Shown here: positions 11,958 to 25,012 of the stretch, one piece after another
How positions within the stretch are numbered: the first letter of the stretch is position 1
Layout: every line of letters begins with the position of its first letter
NCBI GenBank assembly: GCA_030390025.1
Contig: JASTWF010000123.1
Span: 620,001-684,000 of the forward strand
Reading direction: 5' to 3'
DNA from: Squalus acanthias
Taxonomy: Eukaryota
DNA length: 64,000 nucleotides
Program-made: the position numbers and the translations under genes
The notes under the pieces: generated by a model
What the model was told of the DNA's origin: nothing
What the model saw: the letters and a program-made list of their open reading frames with translations, nothing else
Database searches by the model: none

Positions 11958-12517
11958 TACAGCATTCATAGCCCTCAGGGGCAGAGAATTCCAAAGATTC
12001 ACAACCCTCTGAGTGAAGAAATTCCTCCTCATCTCAGTCTTAAATGGCCGACCCCTTATCCTGAGACTATGCCCCCTAGTTCTAGACTCTCCAGCCAGGA
12101 GAAACAACCTCTCAGCATCTCCCCTGTCAATCCCCCTCAGAATCTTATATGTTTCAATGAGATCACCTCTCATTCTTCTAAACTCCAGAGAGTATCGGCC
12201 CATTCTACACAATCTCTCATCATAGGACAGCCCTCTCATCCCAGGGATCAATCTAGTGAACCTTCGTTGCACCGCCTCTAATGCATCTATGTCCTTCTTC
12301 AGATAAGGAGACCAAAACTGTGCACAGTACTCCAGGTGTGGTCTTACCAAAGCCCTGTACAATATTAGCAAGGCTTCCATACTCTTGTACTTCAACTCCC
12401 TTGCAATAAAGGCCAACATGCCATTTGCCTTCCTAATTGCTTGGTGTACCTGCATGCTAACTCTCTGTGTTTCTTGTACGAGGACACCTAAATCTCTCTG
12501 AACACCAACATTTAATA

Positions 12518-12728
12518 CAATAGCAAAATACTGCGGATGCTGGAAATCTGAAATAACAACAGAAAATGCTGGAAATACTCAGCAGGTCAGGCAGCATCTG
12601 TGGAGAGAGAAACAGAGTTAACGTTTCAGGTCTGGGACCCTTCATCAGAACTGGAGAAGTTAACTCTGTTTCTCTCTCCACGGATGCTGCCTGGCCTGCT
12701 GAGTGTTTCCAGCATTTTCTGTTGTTAT
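12518..12728 (-). mobile_element. Penelope terminal repeat with inverted partial copy
   Basis: 12658-12728 is the reverse complement of about 12553-12623; 14-bp direct repeat ACCAACATTTAATA at 12504 and 12729. Confidence 0.8.
12615..12655 (-). ncRNA. Minimal hammerhead ribozyme motif, Penelope-type
   Basis: Minus strand AGTT-CTGATGA-AGGGTC CCA GACCT-GAAACGTT-AACT. Confidence 0.6.
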
Positions 12729-12915
12729 ACCAACATTTAATAGTTTCTCACCATTTAAAAAATATTTTGTTTTTCTATTCTTCCTTCCAAAGTGAATAAC
12801 CTCACATTTCCCCAAATTATGCTCCATCTGCCACGATCTTGCCCACTCACTTAACCTGCCTATATCCCTTTGCAGGCTCTTTGTTTCCTCCTCACAGTTT
12901 ACTTTCCCACCTAAC

Positions 12916-13365
12916 TTTGTATGAGGAGAGATTGGGTCGATTAGGCTTATATTCGCTGGAGTTTAGAAGAATGAGAGGGGATCTCATTGAAACTTATAAA
13001 ATTCTGACAGGACGAGACAGACTAGATGCAGGAAGGCTGTTCCCGATGGCAGGTGAGTCCAGAACCAGGGGTCACAATCTCTAAGGATAAGGGGTAAGCC
13101 ATTTAGGACTGAGATGAGGAGGAATTTCTTCACCCAGAGAGTGGTGAACCTGTGGAATTCTTTACCACACAAGGCAGTTGAGGCCAATTCATTAAATATA
13201 TTCAAGAAGGAGTTGGATATATTTCTTAAGGCTAAAGGGATCAAGGGCTATGGGGAGAAAGCAGGGACAGGGTACTGAATTTGGATAATCAGCCATGATC
13301 TCATTAAATGTCGGAACAGGCTCGAGGGGCCGAATGGTCTACTCCTGCTCCTATTTTCTATGTTT
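12916..13365 (+). mobile_element. CR1 3' end
   Basis: YEERLGRLGLYSLE through the 3' UTR and TTTCTATG tail. Confidence 0.85.
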
Positions 13366-13597
13366 CTATCAGCAATCTTGGATACATTACACTCGGTCCC
13401 TTCATCTAAGTCATTAATATAGATTGTAAATAGCTGAGGCCGTCTATTTCCAAGCTTCAAAGGGAAAATAGACAAGTACATGAGAGAAAAGGGAATAGAA
13501 AGATATGCTGAAAGGCTGAGATGAGGTAGATGGAAATGGAGACGACTCTTGTGGAGTATAAACACAGACTAGTTGGGCTGAATGGCCTGTTTCTGTA

Positions 13598-15222
13598 ATC
13601 ATAGAATTATAGAATGGTTACAGCACAGAAGGAGGCCATTCGGCCTGTCGAGCCCGTGCCGGCTCTCTGCAAGAGCACTTCAGCTAGTCCCACTGCCCCG
13701 CCCTATCCCCGTAGCCCTGCAAATTTCTTTCCTTCAGGTCCTTATCCAATACCCTTTGGAAAGCCACGATTGAATCTGCCTCCACCACCCTCTCAGGCAG
13801 TGCATTCCAGATCCTAACCACTCGCTGCGTAAAAAAGTTTTTCCTCGTGTCGCCTTTGGTTCTTCTGCCAATCACCTTAAATCTGTGTCCTCTGGTTCTC
13901 GACCCTTCCGCCAATGGGAACAGTTTCTCTCTATCTACTCTGTCTAGACCCCTCATGATTTTGAACACCTCTATCAAATCTCCTCTCAATCTTCTCTGCT
14001 CCAAGGAGAACAACCCCAGCTTCTCTAGTCTATCCACGTAACGTCTCTGTTATTGCACCCTCTTTAGGATTGTACCCTTTAGTTTATATTGCCTCTCTTC
14101 ATTCTTTCTACCAAAATGTATCACTTGGCACTTTTCTGCGTTAAATTTCATCTGCCACATGTCCGCCCATTCTACCAGCCTGTCTATGTTCTCTTGAAGT
14201 CTATCACTATCCTCCTCACTGTTCACTATACTTCCAAGTTTTGTGTCATCTGCAAATTTTGAAATTGTGCCCTGTACACCCACATCCAAGTCATTAATAT
14301 ATATCAAGAAAAGCAGTGGTCCTAGTACCGACCCCTGGGGAACACCACTGTATACCTTCCTCCAGTCTGATAAACAACCGTTCACCACTACTCTCCGTTT
14401 CCTGTCACTTAGCTAATTTCATATCCATGCTGCCACTGTCCCTTTTATTCCATGGGCTTCAACTTTGCTGACAAGCCTATTATGTGGCACTTTGTCGAAC
14501 GCCTTTTGGAAATCCATGTACACTACGTCAACCACATTACCCTCATCAACCCTCTCTGTTACCTCATCAAAAAACTCGATCAAGTTGGTTAAACACGATT
14601 TGCCTTTAACAAATCCGTGCTGGCTTTCCTTAATTAATCCACACTTGTCCAAGTGACTGTTAATTTTGTCCCTGATTATTGTTTCTAAAAGCTTCCCCAC
14701 TACTGAGGTTAAACTGACTGGCCTGTAGTTGCTGGGTTTATCTTTACACCCTTTTTTGAACAAGGGTGTAACATTTGCAATTCTCCGGTCCTCTGGCACC
14801 ACCACCGTTTCTAAGGAGGATTGGAAGATTATGGCCAGTACCTCCACGATTTCTTCCTTCACTTCCCTCAGCGTCCTAGGATGCATCCCACCTGGTCCTG
14901 GTGACTTATCTACTTTCAGTACAGCCAGCCTTTCTAGTACCTCCTCTTTATCAATTTTTATCCCACCCAGTATCTCCTCTACCTCCTCCTTCCCTATGTC
15001 TATGGCAGCATCTTCTTCCTTGGTGAAGACAGATGCAAAATACTCATTTAGCACCTCAGCCATACCCTCTGCCTCCATGCGTAGGTCTCTTTTTTGGTCC
15101 CGAATCGGCCCCACCTCTCTTCTTACTACCCGTTTATTATTTATATACCTATAGAAGACTTTTGGATTACCTTTTATGTTAGCTGCCATTCTATTCTCAT
15201 GCCCTCTCTTTGCCCCTCTTAT
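13598..15222 (-). mobile_element. CR1 ORF2 fragment with 3' end
   Basis: RT motifs QHGF, DFQKAFDKV, GVPQGSVLGP and FADDTK. Confidence 0.9.
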
Positions 15223-15224
15223 GA

Positions 15225-17650
15225 ATAAAAACAGAAAATGCTGGAAATACTCAGCAGGTCAGGCAGCATCTGTGGAGAGAGAAACAGATTTAACGTTTCA
15301 GGTCAATGACCTTTCGTCAGAACTGGAAAATGTTAGAGATGTAACAGGTTTTAAGCAAGTACAGAGGCAGGGAAAGTGGGGAGGGGAGGAAAGAACAAAA
15401 GGGAAGGTCTGTGATAGGGTGGAAGGCAGGAGAGATTAAATAACAAAAGGAATGGTTGGACAAAGCAAAAGGAGATGGTAATGGGACAAGTAAAGAAACA
15501 AAAGATGGATCTAGAAGAGGTGTAAATGGGAATAGCAGAATCATCAACAGCTACCATTTGAAAAAATGGGGCAGAGGTTATGACCTGAAATTGTTGAACT
15601 CGATGTTGAGTCCAGAAGGCTGTAAAGTGCCTAATTGAAAGATGAGGTGCTATTCGTTCATGGGATGTGGGCATCGCTGGCTAGGCCAGCATTTACTGCC
15701 CATCCCTAATTGCCTTTGAGGTACTTGCTAGGCTATTTCAGGGAGCAGTTAAGAGTCAACCACATTGCTGTGAGTCTGGAGTCACGTATAGGCCAGAAGA
15801 TTTCCTTCCCTAAAGGACATTAGTGAACCAGATGGGTTTTTATGACAATCCGATAGTTTCATGGTCACCATTACTGATACTAGCTTTTTATTCCAGATTT
15901 ATTTAATTAACTGAATTTAAATTCCACAGCTACGTCGTGGGATTGGAACTCATGTCTCTGGATTATTAGTCTAGGCCTCTGGATTACTGGTCCAGTAACA
16001 TAACCACTATGCTACCGTACCCGACGAGCTTCATTGGAACAGTGCAAGAGGCCGAGGACAGAGAGGTCAGAATGGGAGTGGAGCGGAGAATTAAAGTGAC
16101 AGGCGACTGGAAGCTCGGGGTCACCCTGACGGACTGAACGGAGATGTTCCGCAAAGCGGTCACCCAATCTGCGTTTGGTCTCCCCAATGTAGAGGAGATC
16201 GCATCGTGCGCAATGAATACAGTATACTAAATTGCAAGAAGTACAAGTAAATCGCTGTTTCACCTGGAAGGAGTGTTTGGGGCCCTGGACGTTGGGAAGG
16301 GAGAAGGTGAAGGGGCAGGTGTTGTATCTTCTGCGCTTGCATGTGAAAATGCCGTGGGAAGGGGAGAGGATATTAGGGGTGATTGAGGAGTGGACCAGGG
16401 TGTCGCGGAGGGAACGGTCCCTTCGGAATGCAGAAAGGGGAGGGGAGGGTAAGATGTGTTTGGTGGTGGGATCACGCTGGAGGTGGCGGAAATGACGGAG
16501 GATGATCCATTGTAGAGGTTGGTGGGGTGGGAGGTGAGGGCAAAGGGACCCTATTGTGGTTCTGGGAGGGAGGGGAAGGGGAGAGAGCAGAAGTGCAGGA
16601 AATGGAACAGACACGGTCGAGGGCCGTGTCAACCACGGTAAAGGGGAATCCTCGGTTGAGGAAAAAGGAAGACATATCGGAAGCACTAGTATGGAAGGAG
16701 GCATCGTCAGAACAGATGCGACAGAGACGGAGAAACTGGGAGAATGGAATAGAGTCCTTACAGGAAGCGGGGTGGGAGGAAGTGTAGTCCAGGTAGCTGT
16801 GGGAGTCAGTGGGCTTACAGTGGATGTTGGTTGATAGTCTATCCCCAGAAATGGAGACAGAGAAGTCGAGGAAGGGAAGGGGAGAGTCGGAGATGGACCA
16901 TGTGAAGGTGAGGGAAGGGTGGAAATTGGAAGGAAAGTGAATGAAATTTTCTAGTTCAGGGCGAGAGCAGGAAATGGCACCGATACAGGCATCAATGTAC
17001 CGGAAAAAGAGGTGAGGGAGGGGACCTGAGTAGGACTGTAACAAAGAATGTTCCACATATCCGATGAAAAGGCAGGCATGGTTAGGGCCCATGCGGGTTC
17101 CCATAGCAACACCTTTAATTTGGAGGAAGTGAGTGGAGTCAAAGGAGAAGTTGTTCAATGTGAGAACAAGTTCAGCCAGGCAGAGGAGGGTGGTGGTGGA
17201 TGGGCCTCTGCTCAAGGGAGAAGCGGAGCGCCCTCAGGCCATCCTGGTGGGAGATGGACGTCCATAGTGAAAAGGAGATGGTTGGGGCCAGGAAACTGTT
17301 AAAGTGGTGGAGGGCGTCGGAAGAGTGGCGGATGTAGGTGGGAAGAGACTGGACAAGGGGAGAAAAAATAGAGTCGAGATTGGAGGAAATCTGTTTTGCG
17401 GGGCAAGAACAGGCGGAAACGATGGGTCTACCAGGGCAGTCCTGTTTGTGGATCTTGGGCAGGAGGGAGAAGCGGGCTGTGCGGGGTTTGGGGGATCTGT
17501 GAGGTTGGCGGCCGCGGAGGGAGGATCTCCAGGGGAGATGAGGTCGGTGACAGTCTAGGAAACGGTGGCTTGATGTTCGGCGGTGAGGGTCACGGCCCAG
17601 GGCTCGGTAGGAGGCGTCAGAGAGTTGGCGTTCAGCCTCCGCAAGGCAGA
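15225..17650 (-). mobile_element. Penelope-like element (RT plus GIY-YIG), degraded
   Basis: QIKGVAMGTRMGP, FFRYID, LPFLD and NLVYCIHC...YIGETKRRLGDRFAEH; terminal repeat with hammerhead core at about 15288-15326. Confidence 0.9.
15652..16022 (-). mobile_element. tRNA-derived SINE inserted in Penelope
   Basis: Minus-strand head GGTAGCATAGTGGTTA...GAGTTCCAATCCC; related partial copies at about 32410-32660 and 55945-56190. Confidence 0.6.
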
Positions 17651-17727
17651 GGACTGTTTCTGTTTCTGTCTATTCTACTGAATTCTACCATTCGGCAGTG
17701 CCAGCAAAGAAGAAGCCGCTTGTGGTA

Positions 17728-18648
17728 AAGGGGCCTTTAGGGACAAGTGACCATAGTATGATTGAATTTTACATTAAGTTTGAGAGTGATGTAGCAATCT
17801 GAAACTAAGGTCTTCAATCTAAACAGAGGAAACTACAAGGGTATGAAGGACAAGTTGGCCATGGTAGATTGGGAGACTACACTAAAAGGTATGAAGGTGG
17901 ACATACAATGGCTAACATTCAAGGAAATAATGCATAATTTGCAACAAACATATATTCCTCCAGGGCATAAAAACCCAAAAGGAAAAGTGATCCAACCATG
18001 GCTAACAAAAGAAATTAAAGCTAGTATTAAGTCAAAGGAGGAAGCTTATAAAGTTGCCAGAAAAAGCGGTCAGCCTGAGGATTGGGATCTTTTTAGAAAT
18101 CAGCAAAGGGGGAACCAAGAAATTGATAAAGAAAGGGAATATGGAATATGAGCACAAACTAGCGAAAAATATAAAAACGGATTGTAAAAGCTTCGATAGG
18201 TATGTGAAAAGGAAAAGACTGGCGAAGGTAAATGTAGGTCCTTTACAGTCAGAGACGGGAGAATTTATAATGGGGAATGAGGAAATGGCAGAGAAATTAA
18301 ATAAATACTTTGTTTGTCTTCACGGAGGAAGACACAAAAAACCTCCCAGAAATACGAGAAAACCAAGGGTGTGGCGAGAATGAGGAACTTAAAGAAATTA
18401 TTATTAGTAAAAAAACAGTACTAGCAAAATTAATGGGACTAAAAGTCGACAAATCCCAAGGACTGGATGACCTACATCCTCGGGTTTTGAAAGAGGTGGC
18501 CATTGGAATAGTGGACGCATTGGTTGTCATCTTCCAAAATTCTATAGATTCTGGAACGGTTCCTGCAGATTGGACGATAGCAAATGTAACCCCACTATTT
18601 TCGAAAGGAGGGAGAGAGAAAACTCCTGCTCCTATTTCTTATGTTATG
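17728..18648 (+). mobile_element. CR1 ORF2 fragment with internal deletion and tail
   Basis: PWLTKEIK and LHPRVLKE, joined to CTCCTGCTCCTATTTCTTATG. Confidence 0.85.
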
Positions 18649-18649
18649 A

Positions 18650-19336
18650 TGACAGCAATCGGAAAAACGTAGTTTGAAACAAAACGAATGTGTTCGTGTT
18701 CTCAGTCCCCCTGGAAAGTCAAGTTCACACAAGTGGAACCACAGTAGGGGTTGGTGGAACCAAGAGATATTTGGTTGAGATTGGCGACAACATCCGAAGT
18801 GTTCATGTAGATCAAACGATCTCTGCTGGAGACGAACCAAGACGTGACCTTGGACCACTTGATCATGAACTCATACATGAGTTTGACTCAGTTCAGACTT
18901 CAGTAACTGAAGCACCAGGTTCAAACAAGTCTGAGATAGAAAACAGGATCATCTTTGAGTTCGGAAGCAAAACAAAACAGCCGGAAAACTGGTTCGACAC
19001 CAAAAAAACCTTCCGTCAGGAGATCAGGAAGGCTCCGCAAACCTGTTATTAAACTGGATTTGTAGTTCATTCGAAAGAAAAAACAGCCAGGAGTTTTTGT
19101 TCGGTGGACATGTGGTGGGGCCAGTTTTGTTGTATTTGAGAGGGAAACACATTTTTTAAGTGGAAAGTGTGTAATGTATTGTCACACGGTTCAGTGTGGG
19201 CATGCTCAGTTCGCTCTGGCCTAATAAGGCAAAGCACAGGGAGGAGCAACTCATGGTGTCTCTGCCCTTCATTTGTTCCACCCACCCACATATATGACAG
19301 TGACCCCGACACCAATAAACAGTTCTTATATTTACA
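18650..19336 (+). mobile_element. Gypsy 3' end (integrase C-terminus, PPT, 3' LTR 19170-19336)
   Basis: RYLVEIGDNIRSVHVDQ and RRSGRLRKPVIKLDL-stop; LTR with TGTAA...TTACA ends and AATAAA. Confidence 0.7.
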
Positions 19337-19339
19337 GAA

Positions 19340-19950
19340 GAGGCCAGACCGGCAGGAAAGTTTAGACCCGCCCCCTTCGCTCCTCCTCGCCGCTGCTCCA
19401 ATCACAGCGCCGCTTTTACAGCCGCCCTCACCGGCCGCTCGCCGCTGCTCCAATCACAGCGCCGCTTTCAGACCCGCCTTTTTCATCCGCTCGCGCTTCA
19501 GCGGTTGGGGTTTGAGCGCTCGACTAACCGCCCCGCCCCCACTCGGCGCCCGTGCTCACTGATCCGCCAATCACAACATCGCTTTCTTTCCCTCTCGGGC
19601 CGCTCGAGCTTCAGCGGTTGGGGTTTGAGCGCTCGACTACCCGCCCCGCCCCCACTCGGCGCTTCAGCGGTTGGGGTTTGAGCGCTCGACTACCGCCCCG
19701 CCCCCACTCGGCGCCCGTGCTCACTGATCCGCCAATCACAACATCGCTTTCTTTCCCTCTCGGGCCGCTCGCGCTTCAGCGGTTGGGGTTTGAGCGCTCG
19801 ACTCACCGCCCCGCCCCCACTCGGCGCCCGTGCTCACTGATCCGCCAATCACAACATCGCTTTCTTTCCCTCTCGGGCCGCTCGAGCTTCAGCGGTTGGG
19901 GTTTGAGCTCCTCCCCCACCTCGCTCTCGCTGGCTGCTCCTCCAATCAAA
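19340..19950. promoter_or_regulatory. CpG-rich approx. 113-bp tandem repeat with GC and CCAAT boxes
   Basis: Repeated CCGCCCCGCCCC and CCAATCAC; high CpG content. Confidence 0.45.
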
Positions 19951-20456
19951 GCTGTCTGCTTTGGTCCACATCGGTTGTTTCCCCCTCCATATACTTGGGG
20001 CAGGATGACAATATTTGTGTCAGGATCAAAACCTTTAATGAGCCCTGGGAATCAGCTCTTCCAGTTGAAGATTGCGCTGATGTTCAGCACACAGTGTCTA
20101 TCTGACTGGACCGTGTCTTTAATTGTCTTGAGATGTTCTCTGTTTCTCTCCCCTTCCTTTTGAACAAGATGGTGAGCAACTTCCTTTCAAAAATAATGAT
20201 GGACTGGGGCTGTTCACGTTGAAGCTTGTCCCAGTATATAATCAATGATTTGTAAACCTAGCTTTAATTTGCAGCGTATGTAGTCAATGATTTGTAAACC
20301 CAGGTTTAATCTGCACTATGTTGACGTTAAATATTCCATTTTTTGTGAACTGCTCAGCCCTGCCTTACATTAATGACCAAGTTGTGATGTTTAACAGTCC
20401 CTGGTGGTCGGCACTCTCCCATCATAAAACCTCAGAGGGTCAGGAGAATACCCCTT

Positions 20457-23400
20457 AAGAGACTCAGATCAAACTGTCAGGACGGAGAGTGAAGAGACTC
20501 AGATCAAACTGTCACAGGACGGAGAGTGAAGAGACTCAGATCAAACTGTCACAGGACGGAGAGTGAAGAGACTCAGATCAAACTGTCAGGACGGAGAGTG
20601 AAGAGACTCAGATCAAACTGTCAGGACGGAGAGTGAAGAGACTCAGATCAAACTGTCACAGGACGGAGAGTGAAGAGACTCAGATCAAACTGTCAGGACG
20701 GAGAGTGAAGAGACTCAGATCAAACTGTCACAGGACGGAGAGTGAAGAGACTCAGATCAAACTGTCAGGACGGAGAGTGAAGAGACTCAGATCAAACTGT
20801 CAGGACGGAGAGTGAAGAGACTCAGATCAAACTGTCAGGACGGAGAGTGAAGAGACTCAGATCAAACTGTCAGGACGGAGAGTGAAGAGACTCAGATCAA
20901 ACTGTCACAGGACGGAGAGTGAGAGACTCAGATCAAACTGTCCAGGACGGAGTGAGGAGACTCAGATCAAACTGTCAGGACGGAGAGTGAAGAGACTCAG
21001 ATCAAACTGTCACAGGACGGAGTGAGGAGACTCAGATCAAACTGTCAGGACGGAGAGTGAGGAGACTCAGATCAAACTGTCACAGGACGGAGAGTGAGGA
21101 GACTCAGATCAAACTGTCACAGGACGGAGTGAAGAGACTCAGATCAAACTGTCACAGGACGGAGAGTGAGGAGACTCAGATCAAACTGTCAGGACGGAGA
21201 GTGAAGAGACTCAGATCAAACTGTCACAGGACGGAGAGTGAGGAGACTCAGATCAAACTGTCACAGGACGGAGTGAGGAGACTCAGATAAAACTGTCAGG
21301 ACGGAGAGTGAAGAGACTCAGATCAAACTGTCACAGGACGGAGTGAGGAGACTCAGATCAAACTGTCAGGACGGAGAGTGAGGAGACTCAGATCAAACTG
21401 TCACAGGACGGAGAGTGAGGAGACTCAGATCAAACTGTCACAGGACGGAGTGAAGAGACTCAGATCAAACTGTCACAGGACGGAGAGTGAGAGACTCAGA
21501 TCAAACTGTCACAGGACGGAGAGTGAAGAGACTCAGATCAAACTGTCAGGACGGAGAGTGAAGAGACTCAGATCAAACTGTCAGGACGGAGAGTGAAGAG
21601 ACTCAGATCAAACTGTCACAGGACGGAGTGAGAGACTCAGATCAAACTGTCAGGACGGAGAGTGAGAGACTCAGATCAAACTGTCAGGACGGAGAGTGAA
21701 GAGACTCAGATCAAACTGTCACAGGACGGAGAGTGAAGAGACTCAGATCAAACTGTCAGGACGGAGAGTGAAGAGACTCAGATCAAACTGTCAGGACGGA
21801 GAGTGAAGAGACTCAGATCAAACTGTCAGGACGGAGAGTGAAGAGACTCAGATCAAACTGTCAGGACGGAGAGTGAAGAGACTCAGATCAAACTGTCACA
21901 GGACGGAGAGTGAAGAGACTCAGATCAAACTGTCACAGGACGGAGAGTGAAGAGACTCAGATCAAACTGTCACAGGACGGAGAGTGAAGAGACTCAGATC
22001 AAACTGTCACAGGACGGAGAGTGAAGAGACTCAGATCAAACTGTCAGGACGGAGAGTGAAGAGACTCAGATCAAACTGTCACAGGACGGAGTGAAGAGAC
22101 TCAGATCAAACTGTCAGGACGGAGAGTGAAGAGACTCAGATCAAACTGTCAGGACGGAGAGTGAAGAGACTCAGATCAAACTGTCAGGACGGAGTGAAGA
22201 GACTCAGATCAAACTGTCACAGGACGGAGAGTGAAGAGACTCAGATCAAACTGTCAGGACGGAGAGTGAAGAGACTCAGATCAAACTGTCACAGGACGGA
22301 GAGTGAAGAGACTCAGATCAAACTGTCAGGACGGAGAGTGAAGAGACTCAGATCAAACTGTCAGGACGGAGAGTGAAGAGACTCAGATCAAACTGTCACA
22401 GGACGGAGAGTGAAGAGACTCAGATCAAACTGTCAGGACGGAGAGTGAGAGACTCAGATCAAACTGTCACAGGACGGAGTGAAGAGACTCAGATCAAACT
22501 GTCAGGACGGAGAGTGAAGAGACTCAGATCAAACTGTCACAGGACGGAGAGTGAAGAGACTCAGATCAAACTGTCAGGACGGAGAGTGAAGAGACTCAGA
22601 TCAAACTGTCACAGGACGGAGAGTGAAGAGACTCAGATCAAACTGTCAGGACGGAGAGTGAAGAGACTCAGATCAAACTGTCACAGGACGGAGAGTGAAG
22701 AGACTCAGATCAAACTGTCAGGACGGAGAGTGAAGAGACTCAGATCAAACTGTCACAGGACGGAGGGAAGAGACTCAGATCAAACTGTCAGACGGAGTGA
22801 AGAGACTCAGATCAAACTGTCACAGGACGGAGAGTGAAGAGACTCAGATCAAACTGTCAGGACGGAGAGTGAAGAGACTCAGATCAAACTGTCAGGACGG
22901 AGAGTGAAGAGACTCAGATCAAACTGCCACAGGACGGAGTGAGGAGACTCAGATCAAACTGTCAGGACGGAGAGTGAAGAGACTCAGATCAAACTGTCAG
23001 GACGGAGTGAAGAGACTCAGATCAAACTGTCACAGGACGGAGAGTGAAGAGACTCAGATCAAACTGTCAGGACGGAGAGTGAAGAGACTCAGATCAAACT
23101 GTCAGGACGGAGAGTGAAGAGACTCAGATCAAACTGCCACAGGACGGAGTGAGGAGACTCAGATCAAACTGTCACAGGACGGAGTGAAGAGACTCAGATC
23201 AAACTGTCACAGGACGGAGAGTGAAGAGACTCAGATCAAACTGTCAGGACGGAGAGTGAAGAGACTCAGATCAAACTGTCACAGGACAGAGAGTGAAGAG
23301 ACTCAGATCAAACTGTCAGGACGGACAGTGAGGAGACTCAGATCAAACTGTCAGGACGGAGAGTGAAGAGACTCAGATCAAATTGTCAGGACGGAGAGTG

Positions 23401-24949
23401 AAGAGACTCAGATCAAACTGTCAGGACGGAGTGAAGAGACTCAGATCAAACTGTCAGGATGGAGTGAAGAGACTCAGATCAAACTGTCAGGACGGAGAGT
23501 GAAGAGACTCAGATCAAACTGTCACAGGACGGAGTGAAGAGACTCAGATCAAACTGTCAGGATGGAGTGAAGAGACTCAGATCAAACTGTCAGGACGGAG
23601 AGTGAAGAGACTCAGATCAAACTGTCACAGGACGGAGTGAAGAGACTCAGATCAAACTGTCAGGATGGAGTGAAGAGACTCAGATCAAACTGTCAGGACG
23701 GAGAGTGAAGAGACTCAGATCAAACTGTCACAGGACGGAGAGTGAAGAGACTCAGATCAAACTGTCAGGACGGAGAGTGAAGAGACTCAGATCAAACTGT
23801 CACAGGACGGAGAGTGAAGAGACTCAGATCAAACTGTCAGGACGGAGTGAAGAGACTCAGATCAAACTGTCAGGACGGAGAGTGAAGAGACTCAGATTAA
23901 ACTGTCAGGACGGAGAGTGAAGAGACTCAGATCAAACTGCCACAGGACGGAGTGAGGAGACTCAGATCAAACTGTCAGGACGGAGAGTGAGGAGACTCAG
24001 ATCAAACTGTCAGGACGGAGAGTGAGGAGACTCAGATCAAACTGTCACAGGACGGAGAGTGAAGAGACTCAGATCAAACTGTCAGGACGGAGAGTGAAGA
24101 GACTCAGATCAAACTGTCACAGGACGGAGAGTGAAGAGACTCAGATCAAACTGTCACAGGACGGAGTGAAGAGACTCAGATCAAACTGTCAGGACGGAGA
24201 GTGAAGAGACTCAGATCAAACTGTCACAGGACGGAGAGTGAAGAGACTCAGATCAAACTGTCAGGACGGAGAGTGAAGAGACTCAGATCAAACTGTCAGG
24301 ACGGAGAGTGAAGAGACTCAGATCAAACTGTCAGGACGGAGAGTGAAGAGACTCAGATCAAACTGTCACAGGACGGAGAGTGAAGAGACTCAGATCAAAC
24401 TGTCAGGACGGAGAGTGAAGAGACTCAGATCAAACTGTCACAGGACGGAGAGTGAAGAGACTCAGATCAAACTGTCACAGGACGGAGAGTGAAGAGACTC
24501 AGATCAAACTGTCACAGGACGGAGAGTGAAGAGACTCAGATCAAACTGTCAGGACGGAGAGTGAAGAGACTCAGATCAAACTGTCACAGGACGGAGAGTG
24601 AAGAGACTCAGATCAAACTGTCACAGGACGGAGAGTGAAGAGACTCAGATCAAACTGTCACAGGACGGAGAGTGAAGAGACTCAGATCAAACTGTCACAG
24701 GACGGAGAGTGAAGAGACTCAGATCAAACTGTCACAGGACGGAGAGTGAAGAGACTCAGATCAAACTGTCACAGGACGGAGAGTGAAGAGACTCAGATCA
24801 AACTGTCACAGGACGGAGTGAAGAGACTCAGATCAAACTGTCACAGGACGGAGTGAAGAGACCCAGATCAAACTGTCACAGGACGGAGTGAAGAGACTCA
24901 GATCAAACTGTCAGGACGGAGTGAAGAGACTCAGATCAAACTGTCACAG
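20457..24949. repeat. 33/35/37-bp satellite, copy 1
   Basis: Unit GAGTGAAGAGACTCAGATCAAACTGTC(AC)AGGACG(GA). Confidence 0.97.
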
Positions 24950-25012
24950 AAGTGTATTGTTTTAATTTAAATTAATTAAAGGGTAAATAATAAATTTAAT
25001 TAATTACATAGA

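Larger units (their letters stand above)
11960..12915 (-). mobile_element. CR1 3' fragment interrupted by a Penelope-end hairpin
   Basis: ORF 11910-12455 matches the CR1 C-terminus; very similar to 10300-10995. Confidence 0.85.

Noticed and set aside
20633-24204. Repetitive KRLRSNCHRTESEETQ ORFs, also at 47644-48110
   Set aside because: Translations of the satellite.
20457-24949. CRISPR-like array or RSS array
   Set aside because: Head-to-tail repeats with no unique spacers and no cas genes, in a eukaryote. CACAGGA lacks a correctly spaced ACAAAAACC nonamer.
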